Counted from the first letter of the stretch, positions 27,258-37,384 are shown. The stretch is 64,000 nt of DNA from Bacteroidales bacterium (GCA_027859205.1 JAQIBH010000197.1:3717-67716); one strand, 5' to 3'. A program made the numbers and translations. The notes: generated by a model not told the origin, from the sequence alone.

Positions 27258-29225
27258 TTAATCGATTGTCAACTCATCATTAATCATACGATAATTGTAT
27301 TCTTGAATAAAAGCCTGAACTTTCTTTAGCATTTTTTCTTCAACTTCTGGCATGGTACCTATAAGATTGTGTTGAAATAAGCTATCCACTTTGAATTTAT
27401 AGAGACTAAGAATTTCAGATTCATTATATTGTATCAAATAATCATCCATATATAATTGATATACATCATTTAATACATTTATTACAAATCTTTCTTTATC
27501 ACCATTAAATAAATCCTGACCAAAAGAAATATAGGACTCATCATAATTTAGATAGCTCAATATACTTGGCATTATATCAATTTGCTGTGCCAAATCATAT
27601 TCTAATCCTGTTAGATTATCGGTAGGATGGTAAAATATTATTGGTACTGAGTAGTATCCTTTTATAGTTTTGTATTCAGGAAACCCAATTTGCGCTGATG
27701 CATGATCTGCTGTTATTACAAATAAAGTACTATCATACCAAGAATAATTACTTGCCTCTTCAAAGAATTGTTTTAATGAATAATCAGAATAACCAATAGT
27801 TCGATGAACAGGTAACTTTCCTTCAGGGAATTTCCCTTCGAATTCTGCCGGAAGATTATATGGATGATGTGATGAAACTGAAAATAAAGCACTCACAAAT
27901 GGTTCTTCGAAAGTACTTAAGGTTTTTGCAAAATAGGATAGAAAGTCATGATCCCAAACACCCCAGATGCCATCCCATTCTTTTTCAAGTCCATATTCTG
28001 TTCTGCCATAATAATGATCAAAACCTACTAGATTAACAAAAGACTGCAAACCCATTGAACCATTTGGAGCACCATGGAAAAACGATGTGTGATATCCTTT
28101 CTTTTTTAATAAACTGGCAATACTATTTAATTTATTGCTTGAATAATAACTCAATACAAAGGGTGTTTTTACCGAAGGAATACTTGTAAGGACTGAAGGT
28201 AAGACATCGATTGATTTTCGTCCATTTGCAATAGTATGCCAATAGGTTCTTCCGTTTTGTATTAAAGAATCTAAGAAAGGAGTATAACCTTGATACGTAC
28301 CATTATCAAGATGTTTGTTAAAAAATCCAAAGTACTCACGACTAAAGCTTTCCATGATTAAAATAACAACGTTGTTATATTTAAAGTCTTTGTCTGTTTT
28401 TACTTGAAAAACCGGATTGTATATTTCGTTTAACTCTTTCTGTGATGAAAAGTATTTAGTATTTGGTAAGGCAGCTTTACCAATTGTTCTATATACTGAA
28501 AAAGGTGTATTTAATACAATTGCCATTTGGTTAGGCGATTCAACATATTTCCCTGCATTGCTTAATGTAATTGGACGAGTACTGTGGCGAAATCCTCCTC
28601 GTAATCCTCCAATGGTAAGGTATACCATTAAAAGCATCATAGCCAAACCCGAAGAATAGAAAAATAAATGATTTTTATAAATTGGCTTTTCAGTTTTTAC
28701 TTTCTTGAAAAGATAAATCATTAAGGCAACAAGAAATATCCAAAATAAAACAGCATACCAATAATCTATAATAAACTCAAGAAATAAAGAAAAACCATTG
28801 GTTTCATTTTTGAATTCACCAAAAATTTTGAAAGTTGTTCTTCTTACAGTAAATCTGTAATAAATAAAATCACTGGTATTAACTGCAAGAATTATTGAGT
28901 TCGTGATATAGTATATATATTTTAATATGGATTGGAATATTTTATGATAGCGGAATGGCTGAGGAATAAGATATAGAGTTAAAAATAAAAGATTTGTATA
29001 TAATATAGCTGACAAATCAAATTTTAAACCACCTATCATAATTGTTAAAAATCGACCTAAATCGATTTGAGGAAATAAACTTTTATTAAAAAAATAGAAA
29101 CCTAACCTGCTAATAGTAAACAATAACATCATTATAAGCAGATAATAAACCAAAGAAAGGTGAATATTATTTTTTATACGGATTTGCTTAAATGAGGCCA
29201 GATAGGATTTTAGATATTCTTTCAT
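27258..29225 (-). CDS. LTA synthase/sulfatase-family membrane protein (phosphoglycerol/phosphoethanolamine-transferase-like)
   Basis: 655 aa with a multi-TM N-terminus and an extracytoplasmic alkaline-phosphatase-superfamily domain (VVILIMESFSREY, SSHHPY, ITADHAS). Confidence 0.8.
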   Translation of the reverse strand: MKEYLKSYLASFKQIRIKNNIHLSLVYYLLIMMLLFTISRLGFYFFNKSLFPQIDLGRFLTIMIGGLKFDLSAILYTNLLFLTLYLIPQPFRYHKIFQSILKYIYYITNSIILAVNTSDFIYYRFTVRRTTFKIFGEFKNETNGFSLFLEFIIDYWYAVLFWIFLVALMIYLFKKVKTEKPIYKNHLFFYSSGLAMMLLMVYLTIGGLRGGFRHSTRPITLSNAGKYVESPNQMAIVLNTPFSVYRTIGKAALPNTKYFSSQKELNEIYNPVFQVKTDKDFKYNNVVILIMESFSREYFGFFNKHLDNGTYQGYTPFLDSLIQNGRTYWHTIANGRKSIDVLPSVLTSIPSVKTPFVLSYYSSNKLNSIASLLKKKGYHTSFFHGAPNGSMGLQSFVNLVGFDHYYGRTEYGLEKEWDGIWGVWDHDFLSYFAKTLSTFEEPFVSALFSVSSHHPYNLPAEFEGKFPEGKLPVHRTIGYSDYSLKQFFEEASNYSWYDSTLFVITADHASAQIGFPEYKTIKGYYSVPIIFYHPTDNLTGLEYDLAQQIDIMPSILSYLNYDESYISFGQDLFNGDKERFVINVLNDVYQLYMDDYLIQYNESEILSLYKFKVDSLFQHNLIGTMPEVEEKMLKKVQAFIQEYNYRMINDELTID

Positions 29226-29345
29226 GAAATGCTTTTTAAAACCTTATGATATAAAAAGACAGGTTTGTTTTTTTATTTTGACACGAAAATAGTTAAAATT
29301 ATGGAAAGACAATCGCTTGTATCGTTTTCAAATTAATAATTTTAT

Positions 29346-29906
29346 CTAGTTAATTTTTACGCTATCCCAACTGGATTGGATTGCATTAATCAATAATTCA
29401 TCTGCGATTTCTATTTCTTCCATTATTATCATTCTTGCAAGAGTGGCAACATTCCCAAAAACAATATTAATTAAAAAATGAAGAGGTAAGCTTCTCAATA
29501 TTCCCATTTGAATACCTGATTCAAAATAATTAATTAGCGGTTTATAATAACTTTGGCTAATTACTTTAATCTCCTTTCTAACAAATGGAGAGTTTGCATA
29601 ATCTTCTAAGAATTCAAATTTCATTGGATTTTCAATGTAAAATCTAAATATGTTCTTCCATATTAAAAAAAACTTTTCTTTAAAAGCCATTTCTTGATCT
29701 ATATTGGAGATAATTGCATTACCCAGTTCTTTCTTTAATTCAGAATATAAAGTGTCAATTAAATCTTCTTTATTTTTAAAATGATGATAAATAGTTCCAG
29801 AAGCTACTCCAGATTTTTTTATTATTAATCCAACCGATGTTGCATGAAAACCCAGTTCTGAAACTAATTCGAGTGTTGTTTGTAATATTTGATCTCTTTT
29901 ACTCAT
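29346..29906 (-). CDS. TetR/AcrR family transcriptional regulator
   Basis: N-terminal HTH (ILQTTLELVSELGFHATSVGLIIKKSGVASGTIYHHFKNKEDL). Confidence 0.9.
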   Translation of the reverse strand: MSKRDQILQTTLELVSELGFHATSVGLIIKKSGVASGTIYHHFKNKEDLIDTLYSELKKELGNAIISNIDQEMAFKEKFFLIWKNIFRFYIENPMKFEFLEDYANSPFVRKEIKVISQSYYKPLINYFESGIQMGILRSLPLHFLINIVFGNVATLARMIIMEEIEIADELLINAIQSSWDSVKIN

Positions 29907-29947
29907 TATTACTTAAATATAAAACTGATATACAATTAAATATAGAT

Positions 29948-29983
29948 ATTTGATTTTATTCAAATAAAGTCCTTATTCAAATA
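29948..29983. promoter_or_regulatory. candidate TetR operator region
   Basis: Inverted repeat ATTTGA-N6-TCAAAT (29948-29965), plus an 11-bp direct repeat TTATTCAAATA at 29956-29966 and 29973-29983. It lies 40-75 nt upstream of the TetR start. Confidence 0.3.
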
Positions 29984-29999
29984 TTGTGATTAACATTGA

Positions 30000-30986
30000 T
30001 TATTTGAAAATCGCTACATCCTTTTCTCCCGACGATTTTGCAAAAGCTCTAAACATCAAATTTGTATTAAATGTCATTGAAATATTACCATTTTTATCAA
30101 CTGCAATAATTCCTCCTGCGCCACCAGCTTTTACTAATTTTTCGTTAATAACAACATTTGAAGCTTCGGTTAAGCTTAAATTTTTATATTCCATTAAAGC
30201 CGAAATATCATGAGCTACTGTATAACGAATAAAAAACTCGCCATGTCCGGTGGCAGAAACCGCACAAGTATTATTGTTTGCATAAGTTCCGGCACCTATA
30301 ATTGGAGAATCACCAATACGTCCATATTTTTTATTTGTCATTCCGCCAGTCGAAGTACCTGCAGCAAGATTACCATATTTATCGAGAACAACACAGCCAA
30401 CAGTTCCATGTTTTTCGGAATTTAAAGCATTTTGCAAACTTTTCCATTTGCTTTCGATGAAAAAATATGTAGAATCCACAATTTCAATATTTTGTTTACC
30501 AGCAAATTCTGAAGCTCCTTTTCCCGAAAGTAAAACATGCTTAGAGTTGGTCATTACTTTAATGGCAGCCGAAATAGGATTTTTAATATCTCTCACTCCT
30601 GCAACGGCTCCAGCATTTAAATCCCAACCTTGCATTATTGAAGCATCAAGTTCATTATATCCTTCGTTCGTAAAAACAGCACCTTTGCCTGCATTAAAAA
30701 GCGGGCAATCTTCCATATAGTTTATCGTTTTTTCAATTGCCTCAATACAAGTACCTCCATTTTTCAAGATTTCTTCACCTATTGTCAGAGCTTCGTTTAG
30801 TTTTTCTAAATATTCTTTTTGTTGTTCCTCATTAATGTCATTGTTGCTTGCATTTCCAGCGCCACCATGAATTACAATCACATATTCTGGTTTATTTATT
30901 GGGTCACTTTGTTGATTAAAACCAAAGATAATAATTGAAAGTACGATTAATACTAAAAATTTAGCGATAGATTTTTTCATATTCAT
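30000..30986 (-). CDS. isoaspartyl peptidase / L-asparaginase (Ntn hydrolase), secreted
   Basis: Signal peptide, VIHGGAG, the autoprocessing nucleophile motif HGTVGCV and GAGTYA. Confidence 0.9.
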   Translation of the reverse strand: MNMKKSIAKFLVLIVLSIIIFGFNQQSDPINKPEYVIVIHGGAGNASNNDINEEQQKEYLEKLNEALTIGEEILKNGGTCIEAIEKTINYMEDCPLFNAGKGAVFTNEGYNELDASIMQGWDLNAGAVAGVRDIKNPISAAIKVMTNSKHVLLSGKGASEFAGKQNIEIVDSTYFFIESKWKSLQNALNSEKHGTVGCVVLDKYGNLAAGTSTGGMTNKKYGRIGDSPIIGAGTYANNNTCAVSATGHGEFFIRYTVAHDISALMEYKNLSLTEASNVVINEKLVKAGGAGGIIAVDKNGNISMTFNTNLMFRAFAKSSGEKDVAIFK

Positions 30987-31066
30987 TAGTTTTATATTTG
31001 GATTTTTTAAATATTTATCTAAAATAACAATAATTTAACATTCGAATAAATTTTATTTACAAGCAA

Positions 31067-32896
31067 ATGAAACAACGATTAAAATTATTTGGAATCTACT
31101 CAATATTTTGGATTACCTACTTTGTTATAGCAAGAATATTATTCATGTTTTATGAATATTCAATATCGTTTGATCTTAGTATAAAAGAATGGTTTTTAGT
31201 GTTTATTCACGGTTTTAGAATGGATCTTTCTTCTACCGGTTACATTGTTGCAATTGTAGGGTTTTTACTTGTGTTTACTAGCTTTTCAAGGGGTAAATTA
31301 ATAAATATAATACTTCGAATTTATACAGTAATCGTTTTAATTATTTCCTCGATAATTGTAATTTCTGATTTGGAACTTTATTTAAATTGGGGATTTCGAA
31401 TGGATGCAACACCTCTGTTATATTTAGATAATCCCAAAGAAGCTATGGCTTCAACTGAAACTTGGTTAACAATAGTTTTATTGTTAGTAACTGCTGGTTA
31501 TGTCCTATTGGGATTATTTGTATATAATAGAAAAATTAAAGATCAAGTATTGAAAATAAAAAGATCTAACATTTATACATCCTTAGTATTATTAATATTA
31601 ACAGCCAGTATGATTCTTCCAATTCGTGGTGGAATAGGAATAGCACCAATGAATTCCGGAATGGTTTATTTTAGTAAGAACAAATTTGCAAATCATGCAG
31701 CTATAAATGTTGTTTGGAACGTTATGCATTCTGTTGTATACAGAAAAAAGCAAGCAAAGACTTATAATTTTATGCCTACTGATATTGCAAAAGAAATAGT
31801 GAAGGATTTAAATAAACAAAATGGGAAATCACACAAAATCCTAACAAAGGAAAATCCTAATGTAGTAATTTTAGTACTTGAGAGTTTTTCTTCGAAGGTT
31901 TTAACCAATTTAGGAGGGAAATGGAATGCAGCGCCCAATTTAAATAGTTTGTTAAATGAAGGAATTGTGTTTAGTAACTTCTACGCCAACGGAAGCAGAA
32001 GCGATAAAGGTCTTATTTCAATTTTAAGTGGATATCCGGGTCAGCCAACCACGTCAATTATGAAAATCCCAAGTAAAACAGAATCTTTACCTTCCTTATT
32101 TAATAGCTTTAATAAAATTGGTTATGAAACATCCTATTATTATGGTGGCGATATTGATTTTGCTAATATGCGTTCTTACATAAGCAATTCTGGTGCAAAA
32201 AATGTAATTTGTCTTGACGATTTTGATGCAAAATTAAATGAATCAAAGTGGGGCGTTCACGATGAATATTTATTCGAGTATTTATTTGAGGATATTATTA
32301 ACCACAAAGATCCATATTTCAAAATTTTATTTACATTAAGTAGTCACGATCCATTTGAAGTGCCTATGGAACCAGTATTTAAAGGTGTTGATCGCGCAAC
32401 GCAGTATCTAAATTCAATATATTATGCAGATAGTTGTTTGGGTGATTTTATAAATAAAGTGAAAAAAACAGATGTTTGGGATAATACACTTTTCATATTA
32501 GTTGCTGATCATGGAAGTAATAAACCAGGGAAATCGCAAAATCATGATTTTGAAAAGTTTCAAATTCCAATGCTTTGGTTAGGTGGAGTCTTAAATGATT
32601 CAATAAAAATTGTTAACAAAACAGGTTCTCAAATTGATATTCCGGCAACTTTACTTAATCAGTTGGGAATTTCTATTTCCGAATATACTTATAGCAAAGA
32701 TATGTTTTCAGAAACATCATCTGAATTTGCATTTTATGTTTTTAACGATGGCTTTGCATATATAACAGATTCAACAAAAGTAATTTATGATAATATTGGA
32801 AAGGACGTTTTAAAAAAGGAGGGTGAAATAGATCGGGATTTAATCGAAGGAAAAGCATTTCTGCAAGTGCTAATGGATGATTTTATATCCCGTTAG
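31067..32896 (+). CDS. LTA synthase/sulfatase-family membrane protein (paralog of 27258..29225)
   Basis: 609 aa with the same architecture (VVILVLESFSSKV, LSSHDPF, LVADHGS). Confidence 0.8.
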   Translation: MKQRLKLFGIYSIFWITYFVIARILFMFYEYSISFDLSIKEWFLVFIHGFRMDLSSTGYIVAIVGFLLVFTSFSRGKLINIILRIYTVIVLIISSIIVISDLELYLNWGFRMDATPLLYLDNPKEAMASTETWLTIVLLLVTAGYVLLGLFVYNRKIKDQVLKIKRSNIYTSLVLLILTASMILPIRGGIGIAPMNSGMVYFSKNKFANHAAINVVWNVMHSVVYRKKQAKTYNFMPTDIAKEIVKDLNKQNGKSHKILTKENPNVVILVLESFSSKVLTNLGGKWNAAPNLNSLLNEGIVFSNFYANGSRSDKGLISILSGYPGQPTTSIMKIPSKTESLPSLFNSFNKIGYETSYYYGGDIDFANMRSYISNSGAKNVICLDDFDAKLNESKWGVHDEYLFEYLFEDIINHKDPYFKILFTLSSHDPFEVPMEPVFKGVDRATQYLNSIYYADSCLGDFINKVKKTDVWDNTLFILVADHGSNKPGKSQNHDFEKFQIPMLWLGGVLNDSIKIVNKTGSQIDIPATLLNQLGISISEYTYSKDMFSETSSEFAFYVFNDGFAYITDSTKVIYDNIGKDVLKKEGEIDRDLIEGKAFLQVLMDDFISR

Positions 32897-33422
32897 TAAG
32901 ATACTTATCTATAGTTTCTAAAAGAAGGTGTAAGGTGGTCGGTTTTGTAATGTAAGCGTTGCACCCAGCCATTAAACATAAGCCCTTTTCATTATTGTAA
33001 ATAAATGCTGTTTGAGCAATAATTGGCAAATCTGAATTGAATTCTCTAATTTGTTTAGTAGCTTCAATACCACCAAGAACAGGCATTTTAAGATCCATTA
33101 AAACAACATCAAATATTTGGATTACTTTAGCTTTTCTTTCTTCTGGAATAAAATCTAGATAGGTCATATTTAGCAATTCGTCATGACTGTATCCATAAAT
33201 ATTATTAAATGTTTTATTGTATTTTACAATTTTGAAGTTTTTGTCAATGATTGCTATTCCTATTCCGGCATCTTCGAAAATATAATGTGCTAAGTCAGTG
33301 CCATCAATTAATGAATCTGTAATTTTTTTGGTTTGTGATTTTGCAAATTTTAGCTTAACAATTTCTTTATGAAGTTGAGATATTTCTTTTTGAAGATCAA
33401 TGTTAGATTTAATTATTGCCAT
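32883..33422 (-). CDS. coiled-coil plus partial PAS fused to the C-terminal two-thirds of a receiver domain (probable remnant of a hybrid sensor kinase)
   Basis: Residues 50-100 look like the first half of a PAS domain (GIGIAIIDKNFKIVKYNKTFNNIYGYSHDELL). From residue 104 the sequence is FDVVLMDLKMPVLGGIEATKQIR...PIIAQTAF...AYITKP, which is REC from the phospho-Asp onward. Beta1/alpha1 with the acidic pair are absent, and there are no HisKA/HATPase domains. Confidence 0.6.
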   Translation of the reverse strand: MAIIKSNIDLQKEISQLHKEIVKLKFAKSQTKKITDSLIDGTDLAHYIFEDAGIGIAIIDKNFKIVKYNKTFNNIYGYSHDELLNMTYLDFIPEERKAKVIQIFDVVLMDLKMPVLGGIEATKQIREFNSDLPIIAQTAFIYNNEKGLCLMAGCNAYITKPTTLHLLLETIDKYLTNGI

Positions 33423-33662
33423 GTTACTTATTCATAATCATTGCTATTCTTAATCAAAAATCATGATTATTTTAATAATTCTAATAAAATTAATGATAAT
33501 TACACGTAATTTTGATTATAGTACACAACAAGATTTTTATTTAAATGAAATTAATGATGAACATTATTTATTATCTTGTGTTAATCAAAAAACATATATT
33601 GTTAAATCAATGAATTATAATAAATGTAAATACTCGTTATTATAAATCAAAAAATTAAAACT

Positions 33663-34652
33663 ATGGCAGATGTAAGTACAAGTTATATGGGGTTACATTT
33701 ACGAAATCCAATTATTGCCGCAAGTTCCGGTTTAACTAATTCTATTAAAGATATAAAAGAATTTGAAGAAAACGGCGCAGGAGCAATTGTTCTAAAATCA
33801 ATTTTCGAGGAGGAAATAAGAAGGGATCTCGAAAAGGATATGAGCAACATGAATATGGAATCCTTTATTTATCCGGAAACTATGGATTATTATGACAATT
33901 ACGCCGAAGATGATTCTTTAACTAATTATTTACGATTAATTCGAGAAGCAAAACAGGCAGTAAGTATTCCTATAATTGCAAGTATTAATTGTGTGTCTGC
34001 TGAAAAATGGCCATATTATGCTGAAACCTTGCAAGATGCTGGTGCCGATGCTTTAGAACTAAATGTTTTTGTAATGCCCTCTGATTTTAGTAAATCAAGT
34101 GAAGAAAACGAAAAAGTATATTTTGATATTGTGGGTGAAGTCAAAAAGCATGTTAAAATTCCAATATCTTTAAAAATAAGCTATTATTCATCTAACCTCG
34201 GAGCGTTTATTCAAAAACTTTCCAAAACCGGAATTAAGGGCTTAGTACTTTTTAATCGGTTTTATAGCCCCGATATTGATATTAATAATTTTGAGATGTT
34301 ATCAACTAACGTAACAAGCTCACCATCTGAATTGCCAATATCTTTGCGCTGGATAGGAATAATGCATAATCGTGTTGAATGTGATTTGGCTGCTTCAACA
34401 GGGATACATGATGGTACAGCTGTAATTAAACAAATTTTAGCAGGTGCAACTGTTGTAGAATTAGCTTCGGTATTTTACAAAAATGGAAAAGAAGTAATTA
34501 AAGACATGTTAAATGATTTAACAATATGGATGGATCAAAAAGGGTTTAAAACTTTAGATGAATTTAGAGGCAAATTGAGCCAGGACAAAGCTCAAAATCC
34601 CGCGGCATATGAACGAATGCAGTTTATGAAATATTTTGCTGGGAAAGAGTAA
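33663..34652 (+). CDS. dihydroorotate dehydrogenase-like TIM-barrel flavoprotein
   Basis: 329 aa. LRNPIIAASSGLT, GAGAIVLKS, ADALELN and GTAVIKQILAGATVVE are typical of the PyrD/DHOD-like family. Confidence 0.75.
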   Translation: MADVSTSYMGLHLRNPIIAASSGLTNSIKDIKEFEENGAGAIVLKSIFEEEIRRDLEKDMSNMNMESFIYPETMDYYDNYAEDDSLTNYLRLIREAKQAVSIPIIASINCVSAEKWPYYAETLQDAGADALELNVFVMPSDFSKSSEENEKVYFDIVGEVKKHVKIPISLKISYYSSNLGAFIQKLSKTGIKGLVLFNRFYSPDIDINNFEMLSTNVTSSPSELPISLRWIGIMHNRVECDLAASTGIHDGTAVIKQILAGATVVELASVFYKNGKEVIKDMLNDLTIWMDQKGFKTLDEFRGKLSQDKAQNPAAYERMQFMKYFAGKE

Positions 34653-34674
34653 AAATTTATTTTGACACATTTTA

Positions 34675-34698
34675 AAGCCTATTAAAATTAGGCTTTTT
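34675..34698 (+). terminator. intrinsic terminator after the DHOD-like gene
   Basis: AAGCCTA-TTAAAAT-TAGGCTT followed by TTT. Confidence 0.6.
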
Positions 34699-34778
34699 GT
34701 ATTTTTCTGAAAACAACATTTCAAATAATTAATTAAAGTATTTACGTTTATTGAAGCTTTATTTGCATTTTTGTACGT

Positions 34779-36119
34779 ATGTATGCTATTATTGATTTAG
34801 AAACTACTGGTCTCAGCCCTCTTGCCGAGAAAATAATTGAAATAGCAATTTATATTCATGATGGTGAAAAAATAGTAAAAGAGTATTCTACTTTAATAAA
34901 TCCCGAAAGGAATATTTCCCCAAATATTACACGTATAACAGGTATTACCAATGAAATGGTTAAAGATGCTCCAGTGTTTTGGGAGGTTGCAAAGGATATT
35001 GTGATTTTAACCGAAGGGAAATCTTTTGTTGCTCATAATGCATCATTTGATTATAACTTTATTCGAAATGAGTTTAAAGGTTTGGGATACGAATTTAAAA
35101 GAGAAAAACTATGTACCGTTAAATTAAGTCGAAAAATTCTTCCTGGCCATAAATCTTATAGTCTCGGGAAGTTATGCAGCGATTTGGATATAAGAATTAA
35201 TGGTCGTCACCGTGCAGCGGGGGATGCTTTAGCAACCGTTAAACTTTTTGAACATATACTTAAAACCGATTCAACACTGGGCCAATTTAGTTCTAGTAAG
35301 TTTTATAATATTGAAGTTTCAACAATTAAAAATTTACCCGAAGAACCCGGTGTTTATTATTTTTTTGATCAAAATGGAGATATAATTTACATTGGCAAAA
35401 GTAAAAACATTAGAACGAGAGTTTTTACTCATTTCAATAACGATAAAACTGCTCGTGCAGTAAAAATGATCGATGAAATACACAATATTTCATTCGAACT
35501 AACCGGTAGTGAATTAATTGCGCTTTTGTTAGAGTCTGATGAAATTAAAATTCAAAAACCTAAATATAACCGTAGGCAACGTAGAGCTGCTAACCATTTT
35601 GGAATTTTTACCTACACCGATGAGTATGGTTATATTTGTTTCAAAACAGATAGCATTAAAAAAGAGATTCCTATCGTTTCTTTTAACTCTGCTAAGGAAG
35701 CTCGAGAAAGATTATATCTATTATCAGAGAAATATCAGTTATGTCAGAAATTAAGTGGTTTATACGAATCAAAAGGCGCTTGTTTTTATTACCAAATAAA
35801 GCATTGCAAAGGAGCATGTATTCATGAGGAACCAGCTGAAGACTATAACGTACGTGCTCAAGAAATGATAGATGTTCTGTCTTATAATTGGAATAATTTT
35901 TTTATTATAGATACTGGTCGTAATGATGATGAAAAATCAGTTATAAAAATTGAAAATGGTAAATACATTGGATTTGGTTACATCCACACTGAATTTATTG
36001 GTAATGATATGGAAAACTTATCAGATGTGATTAAAGTATATCCAGATAACAAAGATGTTCAGCAAATTATACGCACTTTCTTAAAACAAAATAATGTTGA
36101 AATGTTGATTAAATTTTAA
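34779..36119 (+). CDS. DEDDh 3'-5' exonuclease (DnaQ-like) fused to a GIY-YIG nuclease domain
   Basis: Exo motifs IDLETTGL, HNASFDYNF and HRAAGDA are followed by the GIY-YIG motif GVYYFFDQNGDIIYIGKSKNIRTR. Confidence 0.85.
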   Translation: MYAIIDLETTGLSPLAEKIIEIAIYIHDGEKIVKEYSTLINPERNISPNITRITGITNEMVKDAPVFWEVAKDIVILTEGKSFVAHNASFDYNFIRNEFKGLGYEFKREKLCTVKLSRKILPGHKSYSLGKLCSDLDIRINGRHRAAGDALATVKLFEHILKTDSTLGQFSSSKFYNIEVSTIKNLPEEPGVYYFFDQNGDIIYIGKSKNIRTRVFTHFNNDKTARAVKMIDEIHNISFELTGSELIALLLESDEIKIQKPKYNRRQRRAANHFGIFTYTDEYGYICFKTDSIKKEIPIVSFNSAKEARERLYLLSEKYQLCQKLSGLYESKGACFYYQIKHCKGACIHEEPAEDYNVRAQEMIDVLSYNWNNFFIIDTGRNDDEKSVIKIENGKYIGFGYIHTEFIGNDMENLSDVIKVYPDNKDVQQIIRTFLKQNNVEMLIKF

Positions 36120-36226
36120 ATCAATTTTAAAATAAAAATACGAATTTGATAATATAATATATCAATATTTTGTATATTTAAAATTCTTTGCAAGAAATCA
36201 ATATATACTAAACCGCTCAATTACAG

Positions 36227-37384
36227 ATGAATAAAAAGATTTTAATCGTAATAATTGTAGTTAGCATATTAATTCTGACTTTATTTGGTAGTTGGTTAAT
36301 CTGGTTTCTTAAGCCGGAAAAAACATTAGGTGTTTATATACTTGATAAAACAGTTCCAACAATGGAACGTAATGAACATAAGTCATTTAATTGGATATTA
36401 AATCATAATAGATTTGTAAAAGCAAATGGTGATTTATACGATGTAAATAATGATTATTATGGTTTTTTCCCTTTAAGCAGTAAATCTCAAGAATTCGATT
36501 TTAGAAGCATTCGGATACATGAGATTGAAGATATTGCCGATACTTATGATATGCTTTATTACGCTGATACATATGGAGTATATTATAATGAATGGTACCA
36601 AAAAGGTGCAAAAGATGTAAAGTATTCGCAAAAGTTTTACGGAGGATTAAATCAGAATGATTTTTTGTTATTGAAAGAAATGAAGGAACAGCGCAAACTA
36701 ATTATTACAGAATTCAATTTATATAATGCGCCAACAAATGGTTTAATTCGTGAAAAAGTAGAAGAGCTTTTTAGTTTAAATTGGAGCGGCTGGACAGGGA
36801 AATATTTTTCGAGCCTTGATACAGTGAATGGAGATAACTTTCCACCTTGGATTGTAAGTTTGTATCAAGATCAAAATAATAATCAGTGGCCTTTTAAGAA
36901 TCCGGGAATTGTTCTCGTTCATAAGTTTGGAACTATTGCAATTCTTGAACAAGGAACACATTTAAATCAGGAGTTACCATTTATTATAGTTAAAAAAGAA
37001 GCTATGGAACGATTTGGAATTCCTGAAATGGTGTATTATCCTCAATGGTTCGATATTACTTTTACAGGAAATAAAAATAAAGTTCTTGCAAATTTTAAAA
37101 TTCATGTTAATGCAAAGGGCGATTCTTTATTACGACATTATAATTTAAAACCTGTTTTCCCGGCTGTAATTGAGCATAAAAATGATTATAACTTTTATTA
37201 TTTTGGTGGAGACTTCGCCGAAAATTCAATAAATAGTAAAACTGCTTTTTTCGAAGGTTATCATAATTTGGTTTCATTATTACAAGGTTCAAATTATAAT
37301 AGTTCTGATAAATTTTATTGGCAGTTTTATGTACCAATGATGACCAAAATAATGGATGATTACTATCAGACATTAGATAAATAA
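36227..37384 (+). CDS. hypothetical membrane-anchored protein
   Basis: 385 aa with one N-terminal TM helix. No recognisable motif. Confidence 0.5.
   Translation: MNKKILIVIIVVSILILTLFGSWLIWFLKPEKTLGVYILDKTVPTMERNEHKSFNWILNHNRFVKANGDLYDVNNDYYGFFPLSSKSQEFDFRSIRIHEIEDIADTYDMLYYADTYGVYYNEWYQKGAKDVKYSQKFYGGLNQNDFLLLKEMKEQRKLIITEFNLYNAPTNGLIREKVEELFSLNWSGWTGKYFSSLDTVNGDNFPPWIVSLYQDQNNNQWPFKNPGIVLVHKFGTIAILEQGTHLNQELPFIIVKKEAMERFGIPEMVYYPQWFDITFTGNKNKVLANFKIHVNAKGDSLLRHYNLKPVFPAVIEHKNDYNFYYFGGDFAENSINSKTAFFEGYHNLVSLLQGSNYNSSDKFYWQFYVPMMTKIMDDYYQTLDK

Noticed and set aside
30210-30720. Plus-strand ORFs 29986..30213, 30210..30425 and 30448..30720
   Set aside because: They are antisense to the isoaspartyl peptidase gene, which has clear catalytic motifs.
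33463-33645. 60-aa ORF in the divergent gap upstream of the DHOD-like gene
   Set aside because: It is extremely AT-rich with Ile/Asn/Lys/Tyr-biased composition typical of non-coding AT-rich DNA. It has no signal, TM or motif.
35539-35754. 71-aa + strand ORF in an alternative frame
   Set aside because: It lies within the exonuclease-GIY-YIG gene in another frame, with no supporting features.
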